From a virus (taxonomy: Duplodnaviria; Caudoviricetes), in the IMG/VR virus record IMGVR_UViG_3300009149_000038, positions 1 to 56,489 of that record: a stretch of 56,489 nt of DNA. One strand, given 5' to 3'. Positions 1 to 8,725 of the stretch are shown here, piece after piece. The position numbers and the translations under genes are program-made. Position 1 is the stretch's first letter. The number at the start of each line of letters is the position of its first letter. Under the pieces are notes generated by a model, which saw only the letters and a list, made by a program, of their open reading frames with translations, had not been told where the DNA came from and did no database searches.

Positions 1-1
1 C

Positions 2-349
2 TCTTCGAGTCATACTTATACTCCTACGACTAGAAGAAGATACATCCAGGCTACCTGGGGTACAAGTCCAGCTACTCTTGAATTATACATCGATTTAACC
101 AATTATGAGGTAGTTGGCAAACCATTTGAAGTGGATATTTTCGCACAACTTGGCTCTGGAGCTGGAATTTATGCAGATGCTTCAATCTACATCATTGATA
201 GTGCTAGCAATATTATTGATTCATATAACGCTTCTTCCGGTACAGCTGTTTACAGGAGGTTTACAGTTATTTGGCAGGGAGATATAGGGACTTCAGTACC
301 AACATGGTACGTTAAATCGCCTAATACTGGGGCAGCAACACAGCCTTAA
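2..349 (+). CDS. C-terminal part of a probable virion structural protein (runs in from before the window)
   Basis: The frame of the listed 131..349 ORF is open back to base 2 (SSSHTYTPTTRRRYIQATWG...). S/T/G/Y-rich, beta-like composition. Confidence 0.6.
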   Translation, partial: SSSHTYTPTTRRRYIQATWGTSPATLELYIDLTNYEVVGKPFEVDIFAQLGSGAGIYADASIYIIDSASNIIDSYNASSGTAVYRRFTVIWQGDIGTSVPTWYVKSPNTGAATQP

Positions 350-382
350 TGAAATATAGTTAAAAAATAAATAAAAAATATT

Positions 383-784
383 ATGGCAATTTTAATCCAA
401 AGAAATATTACAACCCCGCAGGGGTTTAGCACAAATCAAATCTACACCAGATTGGTTGTTACCAATAATTATCAGGGAAAGACTATTTTAGTTGAAACAA
501 AGAATTATATTTCTAAAGAAGCTTATCAATCTAATCCTTTGACAGGAGAAATCCCAGTCAGCAAAATACCAACTATGATAGAATATGAATATGATAGAGC
601 TATTAATGGTGTAGATTCATTGTTTTTTGCCCATGAAAAAACTATTGAAGCGATAAAAAGCAGGGGATATATTAAACAAATCTCAGTAGATCCCTCAACA
701 GGGGAAGAAACATCTGGATATGTTTTGGAAGATCCCTGGATAGTAGATTCTAGCATATCAATTATAGATATATCTATTGGATAA
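383..784 (+). CDS. Hypothetical protein, probably virion/tail-associated
   Basis: 133 aa ORF in a co-directional operon with an A-rich leader. Three D-x-S motifs in the last 33 aa, as in other structural proteins here. Confidence 0.6.
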   Translation: MAILIQRNITTPQGFSTNQIYTRLVVTNNYQGKTILVETKNYISKEAYQSNPLTGEIPVSKIPTMIEYEYDRAINGVDSLFFAHEKTIEAIKSRGYIKQISVDPSTGEETSGYVLEDPWIVDSSISIIDISIG

Positions 785-796
785 AAATTTAATATT

Positions 797-1609
797 ATGA
801 AAAAGTTTTTACAAGCAGTATGGAAATTCCTCAATAGCAGAATAGCTCTCTATATTGGTATAGTTGTGGTGGTTATTCTTTTTGCAGGGACATGTAGTCG
901 AAATGGAAATTTAAAGGAGGATCTTAAACTGAAAGATCAGAATATTTCAGCTTTAACTGATAGTATTAAAACAGTTAAACTTAAGAATGGGGATCTCCAA
1001 TCTTCAAGGGATTCTTATATGGCCACTGCTAAAGAACTTGCAGAATACAATAAGGAATTATCTAAAGACGTAAAAGCTCAAAAAGGAAAGGTTGTAACGC
1101 TTAATAAAATAGTCTTTAATCTAAAACAAGATACAGCTGATTTAAAAGAGTATATTAGAAATATGACTATAGCGGATCCTCCGGAGCAAGTTAATGATTC
1201 TACTTGGGATGTAAATTGGGCTTTAAATTTTGTTTATGATTCTACAAATTATGATTTTTACACTGGAAAAACTAGAGTTGGATTAAGAGGTCCATTTGAC
1301 TTGGAGAAAATATCCGTTATCGATGGGGGAACTACAATGCTATCGAGAGATTCTCAAATAGGTCTAATATGGGGTCAAAAATGGGAAGGTACTGGTAAGG
1401 ATAAGAGATTAAAAGTCTATGCTCAAACAGCTCATCCAGCATTTAGTACAAAATTATTAGAAGGAACCTATGTAGATTATCCAAAGAAAAAGCACTGGTT
1501 TACAGGATTTGGTGTCGGCCCTCAATTAGGAGTAGGGTATGATCCATTTGGACAAAAACCAGCCTTTTATATAGGGGTGGGGGTTCATTATAATATTTAT
1601 AGTTTTTAA
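797..1609 (+). CDS. Envelope protein with N-terminal TM helix, coiled coil and C-terminal beta-hairpin ending in Phe (spanin-like candidate)
   Basis: Hydrophobic IALYIGIVVVVILFAG, then a heptad-rich segment, then FTGFGVGPQLGVGY...FYIGVGVHYNIYSF. Confidence 0.55.
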   Translation: MKKFLQAVWKFLNSRIALYIGIVVVVILFAGTCSRNGNLKEDLKLKDQNISALTDSIKTVKLKNGDLQSSRDSYMATAKELAEYNKELSKDVKAQKGKVVTLNKIVFNLKQDTADLKEYIRNMTIADPPEQVNDSTWDVNWALNFVYDSTNYDFYTGKTRVGLRGPFDLEKISVIDGGTTMLSRDSQIGLIWGQKWEGTGKDKRLKVYAQTAHPAFSTKLLEGTYVDYPKKKHWFTGFGVGPQLGVGYDPFGQKPAFYIGVGVHYNIYSF

Positions 1610-1623
1610 AATAAAAGGATAGA

Positions 1624-3396
1624 ATGGCTACAAACATCTCAAAATACGTACAATTAAATGACTTTCTGCTTTTAGAGTATGAGTTTAATAAGAGTGGGGA
1701 AGAGATTAATCTTTCAGGAATTAATTCTATTGTTGCTGAGACCACGCTGGGATCAAGACAATATTTTAATGAAGGCAGCCAAGGAATATTAAACAATGAT
1801 CTGAATTTAAACTCAGAACCTACAAATTCCAAAAGATCTTCCTGGTATGTCACAGATACGGATGATACTTCTGAATATTGGCAATTTTTTGATTCATCTA
1901 CTTTAATTTCTCAATCATCCTATCCATTCGATACAGTTAAAGTTCATATAATTTCTGGATATAATTTTGATGATGTTCCAGGATTTCTATTACAGGTAGG
2001 TGCGAAGGATGCTTCGACAGAGGATCTTGTGGATCTATCTAATTTTACATGGATTAATCAGGTCTTAGGCCCGGATGTATTAAAATTTTCATCGAATAGT
2101 TTATATCTTGCAAATAGGTTTTATGACAAATACGTAGAATTCAGAGTTCCATCAATTCAATCTCTTGGATCAAAAACAGGTAATATTGGAGCGGAATTGA
2201 ATATTGCTCAGCTTTCAGATGTTTATTTTACATATAGCACTATCACAGAAATAGATGGGGAAAGCTATCTTATAAGCGAAAAGATCTCTGTGCAGCTACC
2301 TGTAACTTCTCAAGCAGATAATTTCAATGCTTTTATAGCAGAATCAACTGGTGGAGATTTTATTGAATTTTACGGAACTTGGAACAATATAATTATTGGA
2401 GAATATATGGGGGATATAGAAAGTGGAAGAATTCCTCTCTATACTTCAAATAATCCAAATGATAATTTTGAGGATTTTGCAGATCAGTATGGCGCTGGTT
2501 CTGCTAAATGGGTTCTTATGCATGAATTATATGTTTATGAGCATATTCCAGGGGGGTCTATCCTAACCCAGCAATACGTGTTTACTCAGGAGAGTAATTT
2601 CAGCGATTCCAATTATTTTAGACCAGTTATCAAAAATGCTGATATTGCTTCATCCTATTCCATAGAATACATTTGTAGATTATCAAACCGAATGGATGGA
2701 ACTCAGATCATAAGAAAAGCATCGTTTGCATCTGCAGATCCTAAAAAATATGGAAGATATTTCAATAGATTAAACGTTGATAATTATATTCCTTATAAGG
2801 TTTTTAATAGGGTTGAAGGTGAAGCTTCTACAGAAGTAGTTATGACTGATAATAGGAAAACTAAATTCGTAAAGGTTTATTATGATTCTACTCAGGTATT
2901 ACTGGATATGAACAATAACGTTCTGCCGCAAGGAACTGGACCATTATTTCTTAAAAATGGAGATGGGACTTACAAATTTTCGTTTGATAAAATTGATCAG
3001 AATGCTAATGGAGAAAGGGTTAATGTAGATTTATCAGGCGCATTTAATTATGAGCTTCTTTTTGTATTAGATGATGATTCTAAAATATCAATCCCAGCGA
3101 CATTCTCAACAAATATGAATACAACTCTCGGGGAATTGGAATTTAAGATTCAAGACGAACAAACTATGAGATTATTACAACAAAATAATAATGCTTATTC
3201 TATAGTCATAAAAAATCCTGATGGGAGTCAATATACTTTTTATGAAGGAGTTTATTTTCCGTATTCCAACTACGATCAGGTAATATCTCAGTATTCAGCA
3301 TTATTTGATATAACTTCTTTACAAACTCAGATTGCATCTTTAGAGGCGGAAAACCAAGAATTAAAAGATGAAAATTCGTCTCTGAAATCTTCTTAA
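1624..3396 (+). CDS. Large hypothetical protein, probably structural, with C-terminal coiled coil
   Basis: 590 aa ORF rich in S/N/D/Y/F, ending LQTQIASLEAENQELKDENSSLK. No enzyme motifs seen. Confidence 0.6.
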   Translation: MATNISKYVQLNDFLLLEYEFNKSGEEINLSGINSIVAETTLGSRQYFNEGSQGILNNDLNLNSEPTNSKRSSWYVTDTDDTSEYWQFFDSSTLISQSSYPFDTVKVHIISGYNFDDVPGFLLQVGAKDASTEDLVDLSNFTWINQVLGPDVLKFSSNSLYLANRFYDKYVEFRVPSIQSLGSKTGNIGAELNIAQLSDVYFTYSTITEIDGESYLISEKISVQLPVTSQADNFNAFIAESTGGDFIEFYGTWNNIIIGEYMGDIESGRIPLYTSNNPNDNFEDFADQYGAGSAKWVLMHELYVYEHIPGGSILTQQYVFTQESNFSDSNYFRPVIKNADIASSYSIEYICRLSNRMDGTQIIRKASFASADPKKYGRYFNRLNVDNYIPYKVFNRVEGEASTEVVMTDNRKTKFVKVYYDSTQVLLDMNNNVLPQGTGPLFLKNGDGTYKFSFDKIDQNANGERVNVDLSGAFNYELLFVLDDDSKISIPATFSTNMNTTLGELEFKIQDEQTMRLLQQNNNAYSIVIKNPDGSQYTFYEGVYFPYSNYDQVISQYSALFDITSLQTQIASLEAENQELKDENSSLKSS

Positions 3397-3400
3397 ATCA

Positions 3401-3430
3401 AAAAGGCTTATCAAAATGATAAGCCTTTCT
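3401..3430. terminator. Bidirectional intrinsic terminator between convergent genes
   Basis: AAAGGCTTATCA-AAA-TGATAAGCCTTT perfect inverted repeat flanked by A and T tracts. Confidence 0.8.
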
Positions 3431-3466
3431 TTATTCGATAGTAAACTATCTCATAGAAGGGTATTT

Positions 3467-3961
3467 TTATGCCCCGAATATCCATCCCCATACAGTTGAT
3501 AGAATAGGCCATTTTAAAAGAATGAAAGCTAAAATTCCAACCATCAGGGTCCGTGTTATAACCCATTTTAAAGAAAACCTTTTGAATCCAAAACGATAAA
3601 CAATTCCATAACTTAATGTGGGTTCACCCTCCTCATCATAAAATTGATTGAATTCGGGAATTATATAATCTGCAAATCCCAGATCATTATCTAAATATTG
3701 ATGCACTGGGGTTAGCGATTCTATTAATCTTAACCTTCTGATATCATCAGGCAAGGCCGAATCTTCTGGGGGTAACGTTACTGTTACATAGAGAATATAG
3801 AAAAAATTATGGCTAAGCTTATATTGAATAAACTTTGAATTTGGATTAGACCTTTCTTCCTGGATAGTCTTAATCCATTTATTATAAGCCTTGAAATCTT
3901 TTATGACTCCAACTAGTGCTAAACCTTTTCTTTGTTTCTTGTGTTTTTTAGTCTTCTTCAT
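3467..3961 (-). CDS. Hypothetical membrane protein
   Basis: 164 aa with C-terminal hydrophobic segment TLMVGILAFILLKWPIL. Overlaps the stop of the sigma gene. Confidence 0.65.
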   Translation of the reverse strand: MKKTKKHKKQRKGLALVGVIKDFKAYNKWIKTIQEERSNPNSKFIQYKLSHNFFYILYVTVTLPPEDSALPDDIRRLRLIESLTPVHQYLDNDLGFADYIIPEFNQFYDEEGEPTLSYGIVYRFGFKRFSLKWVITRTLMVGILAFILLKWPILSTVWGWIFGA

Positions 3962-4571
3962 AATAGGCTTCTAACAAATCTGGGTGTTTTTCCTTCATTG
4001 ATTTTGCTATATCTTTTCTCGCTTTTCTTAAACGAGTTTTTACTGTTGAAAGATTCCAATCTAAATCCTCCGCAATATCTTGGAGTCTTTTTTGATTAAC
4101 TTCTCTTTCAATCATAACGGTCCTATATGGTTCTTCGAGCTCCTCGATTTCTTCAATAGTTTTATCATATAATACAGTTGTTAATTCATCCCCGGAAGGA
4201 CCAATAACTTCTATATCCATGGTAAAAATAGGACTATAGGATTTGAGAACTCTGGAATGGTTCTCTGTTAGCTTCTCGTGAGAGAGGTTCCTACTCTTTG
4301 TTCTTAATTGGCCAAGCGATTCGTTTTTTGCGATTGCATAAACCCAAGTTGAAAAGTTGTACTTCGGATTATACTGGTCTAATTTTTCCCACACTGCAAT
4401 AAATGTCTTGGAAATTATCTCTTGACAGAGATCCATGTCCTTGACATATTTATAAGTATAGGAAATTAAACCTGGCTTGAGCCTGTTAATTAATGTTCTA
4501 AATGTGGTGTTGTCCCTCTTTTCTAAAAATTCCAAAGCTACTGCTTGGATACTATTCTCTTTCTTTTGCAT
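3948..4571 (-). CDS. ECF-type sigma-70 family RNA polymerase sigma factor
   Basis: Region 2 (DLCQEIISKTFIAVW...FSTWVYAIAKN) and region 4 HTH (LQDIAEDLDWNLSTVKTRLRKAR). Confidence 0.92.
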   Translation of the reverse strand: MQKKENSIQAVALEFLEKRDNTTFRTLINRLKPGLISYTYKYVKDMDLCQEIISKTFIAVWEKLDQYNPKYNFSTWVYAIAKNESLGQLRTKSRNLSHEKLTENHSRVLKSYSPIFTMDIEVIGPSGDELTTVLYDKTIEEIEELEEPYRTVMIEREVNQKRLQDIAEDLDWNLSTVKTRLRKARKDIAKSMKEKHPDLLEAYYEED

Positions 4572-4614
4572 ACATTATTCCTCTTATTTCTAAAAAAGTG
4601 AAAGTTGTTGAGGA

Positions 4615-4977
4615 TTAGTCCTCAACAACTTGTTCTACGTAATCAGTTACATGACCCATCAAAGGAGCTACGTCCTGATATGGGAAATTACCCAATACAT
4701 TAACCACCTGGTTAAGTTGATTATGATCCATTGATTCAACATTCACTGCTTGCATAATCTGAGCAATTTGATTGAAGGGATATTTTCCGATTGCTTTAAG
4801 GACTGCGTCCTTAAATTCAGGTTTTGCCTTGTAACGAGGTACATAAGAATCTTGTTCGATCGGTTGGTTCGGATCTAACGCTTGAGCCTCTTGAGCCTCT
4901 TGAGCCTCTTGAGCCTCTTGAGCTACATTTACTTCCTCTACAACTTGTTCCTGAACTTTAGCCGTTTTTTCTGCCAT
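4615..4977 (-). CDS. Hypothetical acidic protein with AQE repeats
   Basis: 120 aa with an internal duplicated motif (IGKYPFNQIAQIM / LGNFPYQDVAPLM). Confidence 0.7.
   Translation of the reverse strand: MAEKTAKVQEQVVEEVNVAQEAQEAQEAQEAQALDPNQPIEQDSYVPRYKAKPEFKDAVLKAIGKYPFNQIAQIMQAVNVESMDHNQLNQVVNVLGNFPYQDVAPLMGHVTDYVEQVVED
4881..4923. repeat. 9-bp tandem repeat (CTTGAGCCT)x~4.8 encoding AQE repeats
   Basis: Read directly from the sequence. Confidence 0.95.
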
Positions 4978-5102
4978 AATTTTTCGTTTTTAAATTTTAT
5001 TTGTCTAATCTTTATTATATGGAATCTATATATTATAGATATTAATTTTGATAAGTTTTATGCAATATAAGGTAAAAACCTCGTTAATTTTTCCAAAAAA
5101 AG

Positions 5103-5360
5103 TTAATCATTGGTTAATCTTTCTTCCCATCCTATATTCTTATGCCATCCGATCCACTCCTGGAGATCTTTCTTGATTATGCAATCATCGTGCATAACGA
5201 CTCCTGATTTTGTTCTGTATTCTACACAATTAATAAACCATCCATCCGGATCATTAGTGCAAAAAATAACACTATGCGGGGATTTCTTCTTTTTCATCCG
5301 CATAATTTCTTTATATGCGGAAAATCCAGAAATGTTTTTAACTTCTTTCTTTTTTGCCAT
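5103..5360 (-). CDS. Hypothetical protein
   Basis: 85 aa, start abuts the tmk stop on the same strand. Confidence 0.6.
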   Translation of the reverse strand: MAKKKEVKNISGFSAYKEIMRMKKKKSPHSVIFCTNDPDGWFINCVEYRTKSGVVMHDDCIIKKDLQEWIGWHKNIGWEERLTND

Positions 5361-6076
5361 TATATAGGGTTTGCTAAAACCTGGTCTAAAGAAGATCTAT
5401 ATCTTTCGAAAAGATTTTCCGGAGATAATACATGCCATCCAGTTTCTCCCCCCATATCTCCTGATCTGATAGCACAAGATACGATTTTATAATTGGTAGC
5501 ACCAACCAATCCAAGGTAATTATCTCTTACCCTACTTTGAAAATCCAAATCAGCTTCATGTATATCCTGTTTCCCTTTTAGATAATCTCGATCGGATCCT
5601 TCTCTTTTACTTTCCAATCTCTCCTTTACTACATCCATCGGGACATCAAAAAATAAAGATAAATCCGGATATGGAAGTCTTAAAAACCCAAATTCAAATT
5701 GATGAATCCAGTTTTTAATTTTTTCACTTTCCTTTCCTTCGAGTTTGGCCCCTTGATATCCGAGATTGGAAAAAACATAACGATCTAAAAGAACCACGTC
5801 ATTTTCTGCTAATGCTTTTTTCAATTCTGGTAAAAACATAAAGCGATCCATTGCGTAGATATTTGCTACGAAATATGGATCTACTTCATCTACATTTCCA
5901 AATTCTCCTCTAAGAAATGCTGAGATTACGTCACTGAATTCATTATGACCATACATTGGAAAATGGAAAAATTCGTATTTTAGGGAGTTTAAATTGAAGT
6001 AGTTCTTGACTTTTTCGACCTGGGTGCTCTTACCTGCCCCATCTCCCCCTTCTAAACATATTAATTTTCCTGCCAT
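5360..6076 (-). CDS. tmk: Thymidylate (dTMP) kinase
   Basis: P-loop LEGGDGAGKSTQ, F-P motif, VLLDRYVFSNLGYQ and PDLSLFFDVP. Confidence 0.95.
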   Translation of the reverse strand: MAGKLICLEGGDGAGKSTQVEKVKNYFNLNSLKYEFFHFPMYGHNEFSDVISAFLRGEFGNVDEVDPYFVANIYAMDRFMFLPELKKALAENDVVLLDRYVFSNLGYQGAKLEGKESEKIKNWIHQFEFGFLRLPYPDLSLFFDVPMDVVKERLESKREGSDRDYLKGKQDIHEADLDFQSRVRDNYLGLVGATNYKIVSCAIRSGDMGGETGWHVLSPENLFERYRSSLDQVLANPI

Positions 6077-6951
6077 TCCTTGTATTTTTTCTGGTACCTA
6101 TTTATTAGCTTTATTTTATTAGAGATTATTAATTCTTTTATCTCAAAATCAGATAAAAGTTTTGACGGATCTATTAATTTATAAATCATCAGGTTTTTAC
6201 TGCAAAATCTTTCCGCTGCCAATGATTTTAATATAACTTCTGATGATGAATGAAGACTTTTTGGTTTTATTTCCACCAAATACTTTTCATTAATAATAAA
6301 GTCTGCATAGTATGTTCTCGGGTTCAAATTCTTATCCAAATAGGATATTCCGTAATTCTGTTTTTCTGCAGATTCCCACTTAAACCCGAATCTTTCTATA
6401 ACATTTATCATATATGATAATTCATGAAAGCTCCGGAAGTACCATCCATTATACCATCCGGACCATCCATTACCGGATCCTATCGGGGAAGGTCTTCCAT
6501 ACATTGGGTTATTCGTTCCTCTTGTATTTTGGGAGATTCTTTTCTTTAGGGCTGGGGCTCGATCCCCATATATTTCTTCAAAGGTTTTTCCCTTTAGATT
6601 TTTGTTCCATTCTACTAGTCCCTCAGTATGCTCAATATTACCATACATAGGATTATTTTTTCCTCTGGAAGATTTTGATTGGGATTTTTTAATTTTTTCT
6701 TCCTGTTCCTTTGTATAAAAATCCGAGTATTTTTTTCCCTTCATTTTATCTTTAGCTGCTTCACCAGCCTTAAAATATTGCAATTCCCTTCTACATTTTA
6801 AACATAAATCTCTTCCATATTTGGATAATCCGGAAATGTAAGATGTATATTTTGGGAAAGTATGGGATTCATTGCATTTATCACATATAATGGAAACCGT
6901 TTGTCTTATTTTGGGGTTTCCCCCATTATATAGAATTTTGCTTGTTCTCAT
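6061..6951 (-). CDS. Free-standing homing endonuclease-like protein (NUMOD3-like repeats plus PD-(D/E)xK TnsA-like nuclease)
   Basis: Two G-x-NNPMYG repeats, FRSFHE and YYADFIINEKYLVEIKP, plus N-terminal CxxC...CxxC. Confidence 0.8.
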   Translation of the reverse strand: MRTSKILYNGGNPKIRQTVSIICDKCNESHTFPKYTSYISGLSKYGRDLCLKCRRELQYFKAGEAAKDKMKGKKYSDFYTKEQEEKIKKSQSKSSRGKNNPMYGNIEHTEGLVEWNKNLKGKTFEEIYGDRAPALKKRISQNTRGTNNPMYGRPSPIGSGNGWSGWYNGWYFRSFHELSYMINVIERFGFKWESAEKQNYGISYLDKNLNPRTYYADFIINEKYLVEIKPKSLHSSSEVILKSLAAERFCSKNLMIYKLIDPSKLLSDFEIKELIISNKIKLINRYQKKYKEWQEN

Positions 6952-7008
6952 GGATTATATATCCAAATTATAATCCGGATATTTCGATTCCCTTTAGAAC
7001 AATTATAC

Positions 7009-7323
7009 CTATTTACGTTTGGAAAGTTTTAAAATAATTGTTAAAAAGTGATTAAGGAGAAATCCTACACCTAATATGCTAGTAAATTTCCAATCTGTTG
7101 AAAATATAGCTTTGAGCCCGAATCCATAAATCAGTGAGGTTGATAGAACTCCAAAGATTTTATATCCTTCGTTTATGAAAAATTGTTTATAAGTCATCCC
7201 AGTTTGATTGACCACTTCTTTATTAGGTTCATAATATGGTTTTGGGGGTAGTGGGGGACTTGGAATTGGTTTCCCACTTCTTACTGCTGACAATCTTTCT
7301 TCTAATGAGTTATGACTTATCAT
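7009..7323 (-). CDS. Hypothetical two-TM membrane protein with Pro-rich N-terminus
   Basis: PIPSPPLPPKP followed by two hydrophobic segments. Confidence 0.6.
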   Translation of the reverse strand: MISHNSLEERLSAVRSGKPIPSPPLPPKPYYEPNKEVVNQTGMTYKQFFINEGYKIFGVLSTSLIYGFGLKAIFSTDWKFTSILGVGFLLNHFLTIILKLSKRK

Positions 7324-7806
7324 TTATTTAATAGTATCTTCTTTCTTCTTAGGTTTCTCCTCCTCGTCCTCAGCAGTTTTTACCTTTCCTGAAATATTAG
7401 ACTTTTTTGGTTTTTCCCCTCCTGTAGATTTTTCAGCTTTCTTTTCTCCTGCTGGCTTATTTCCTTCAACCTCTGCTTGAGTTTGCGCTGTATCTTTCTT
7501 TTCTTTTTTAGCACCTTCGTTGTCAGAAGTTTTGACCTCGCCAAACATACCTGGCTTGAAGTCATTAACAGATTTAAGATTCGTTTGAAGATCATATCCT
7601 GGTTCGAACTTGGATCCTCCCATATTGATTTCGACTTTTACCTCGGTCTTACCTTTTTCATATTCTCTCTTTAGCCAATCAAAAGATTTTTTGTTTTCAT
7701 CAGGAATAAGAATCCCGTCTTTTTGATTTGGTGCTAAATTTCCTTCTTGAGCATTTTCTTCAAGTTTTTCGAGGTATTCGTGTATGTTAAAAGATCCAGC
7801 TTTCAT
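7324..7806 (-). CDS. Hypothetical charged late protein
   Basis: 160 aa, K/E-rich tail, preceded by the GATATATA late-type motif (7827-7834). Confidence 0.7.
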   Translation of the reverse strand: MKAGSFNIHEYLEKLEENAQEGNLAPNQKDGILIPDENKKSFDWLKREYEKGKTEVKVEINMGGSKFEPGYDLQTNLKSVNDFKPGMFGEVKTSDNEGAKKEKKDTAQTQAEVEGNKPAGEKKAEKSTGGEKPKKSNISGKVKTAEDEEEKPKKKEDTIK

Positions 7807-7820
7807 AATTTGATATTTGT

Positions 7821-8273
7821 TTATTTTATATATCCATTTTTTATAATTAACATTTCATTCAAAGATTCAGGAACTAATTTAGATGTGGAATTCTCAAAAA
7901 TGTTTTCTCCCGGTTTTGGCATTCTAACTAAAACCCATTTTTTGGTTATGGGGTTTTTCTTACAGTATTTCGGAAGAAGTCCAGGCATTTTCCAATTTCC
8001 ATATAATTGATTGGTCCAATATCCTCTAGAAGCTCTTAATTTTCCTGATTCTGGTTTCCAATCGCTAGGATATCTTTCATCAGAAGTTTCTCTAAAGTCC
8101 TCTTCTGAATATCCTTTCAAATCATAAATAAAACGTTGTATTTCAGTTAGTCCGGCCCCTTCCTCTCCTTTGCTTCCGATGAATTCAAGTACTTTCCAGG
8201 CCTTAGTTTCCTGTTTTTTTCCATATCCCAATCCCATGGATTTCATTGGATCCTTTCCTCTTTCGAAATTCAT
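7821..8273 (-). CDS. NFERGxDP-motif late protein with a winged-helix-like segment
   Basis: Starts MNFERGKDPMKSMGLG, has C-terminal LVPESLNE and a late motif at 8293-8300. Confidence 0.7.
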   Translation of the reverse strand: MNFERGKDPMKSMGLGYGKKQETKAWKVLEFIGSKGEEGAGLTEIQRFIYDLKGYSEEDFRETSDERYPSDWKPESGKLRASRGYWTNQLYGNWKMPGLLPKYCKKNPITKKWVLVRMPKPGENIFENSTSKLVPESLNEMLIIKNGYIK

Positions 8274-8302
8274 ATACAGATGTTAATTTATCTATATATC
8301 AC

Positions 8303-8333
8303 AAAAAAAAGGCATCCACTTTCGCAGGATGCC
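8303..8333 (-). terminator. Intrinsic terminator ending the tmRNA transcript
   Basis: Minus strand GGCATCC-TGCGAAAGT-GGATGCC followed by T8. Confidence 0.85.
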
Positions 8334-8334
8334 C

Positions 8335-8620
8335 AGTCTCGTGAACTAGGGTGCGTCTTACGCTACCATTGCTAGTTCTCTTGTTTCAAATGCGCCGTTT
8401 AGTGCATTATTAAATATCATCATTACTACTTGCGTTGTCGCTGTCAAAAGCCAGGTCACCCCCAATTCCGGTTTTAAGGAGCCCCGGAAACCCATACCGT
8501 ACTAACGCGACGGGTTAGCGTTCATTGGCAAAACCCCTTTCGGGGAGTTGTGGAGGTGCGGGGAGTCGAACCCCGGTCCAAACGACTGCCTCTCATAACT
8601 AGCTCCGAAGAGCGAGATAC
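8335..8620 (-). ncRNA. ssrA: Circularly permuted (two-piece) tmRNA: acceptor piece ~8620-8551, intervening segment 8550-8464, coding piece 8463-~8335
   Basis: The minus strand has GGACCGGGGTTCGACTCCCCGCACCTCCA (T-arm plus 3' acceptor strand) BEFORE GGGGGTGACCTGGCTTTTGACAGCGAC (5' end). GGGGGTG/CACCTCC forms a 7-bp stem with G3.U70. The tag frame GAFETRELAMVA* lies at 8396-8358. Confidence 0.9.
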
Positions 8621-8690
8621 TTAATTTCTTAACATTCTATTTATGGAAAAGAACGTATATTGTTTTGTTATGGTATTGTTAAAATTATAG

Positions 8691-8720
8691 CCCAATATAA
8701 TAAAAATTTTGCAATTACAA
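8691..8720 (-). promoter_or_regulatory. Putative host-sigma (Bacteroidota-type) promoter for tmRNA
   Basis: TTGTAATT-N12-TTATATTGGG, with the same motif and spacing at 48351-48379 (-) and 50909-50938 (+). Confidence 0.65.
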
Positions 8721-8725
8721 TGATG

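Noticed and set aside
8551-8579. tRNA gene suggested by the GGTTCGACTCC T-arm
   Set aside because: There is no D-arm or anticodon arm upstream. The matching 5' acceptor strand lies downstream and leads into a tag frame, so this is a permuted tmRNA.
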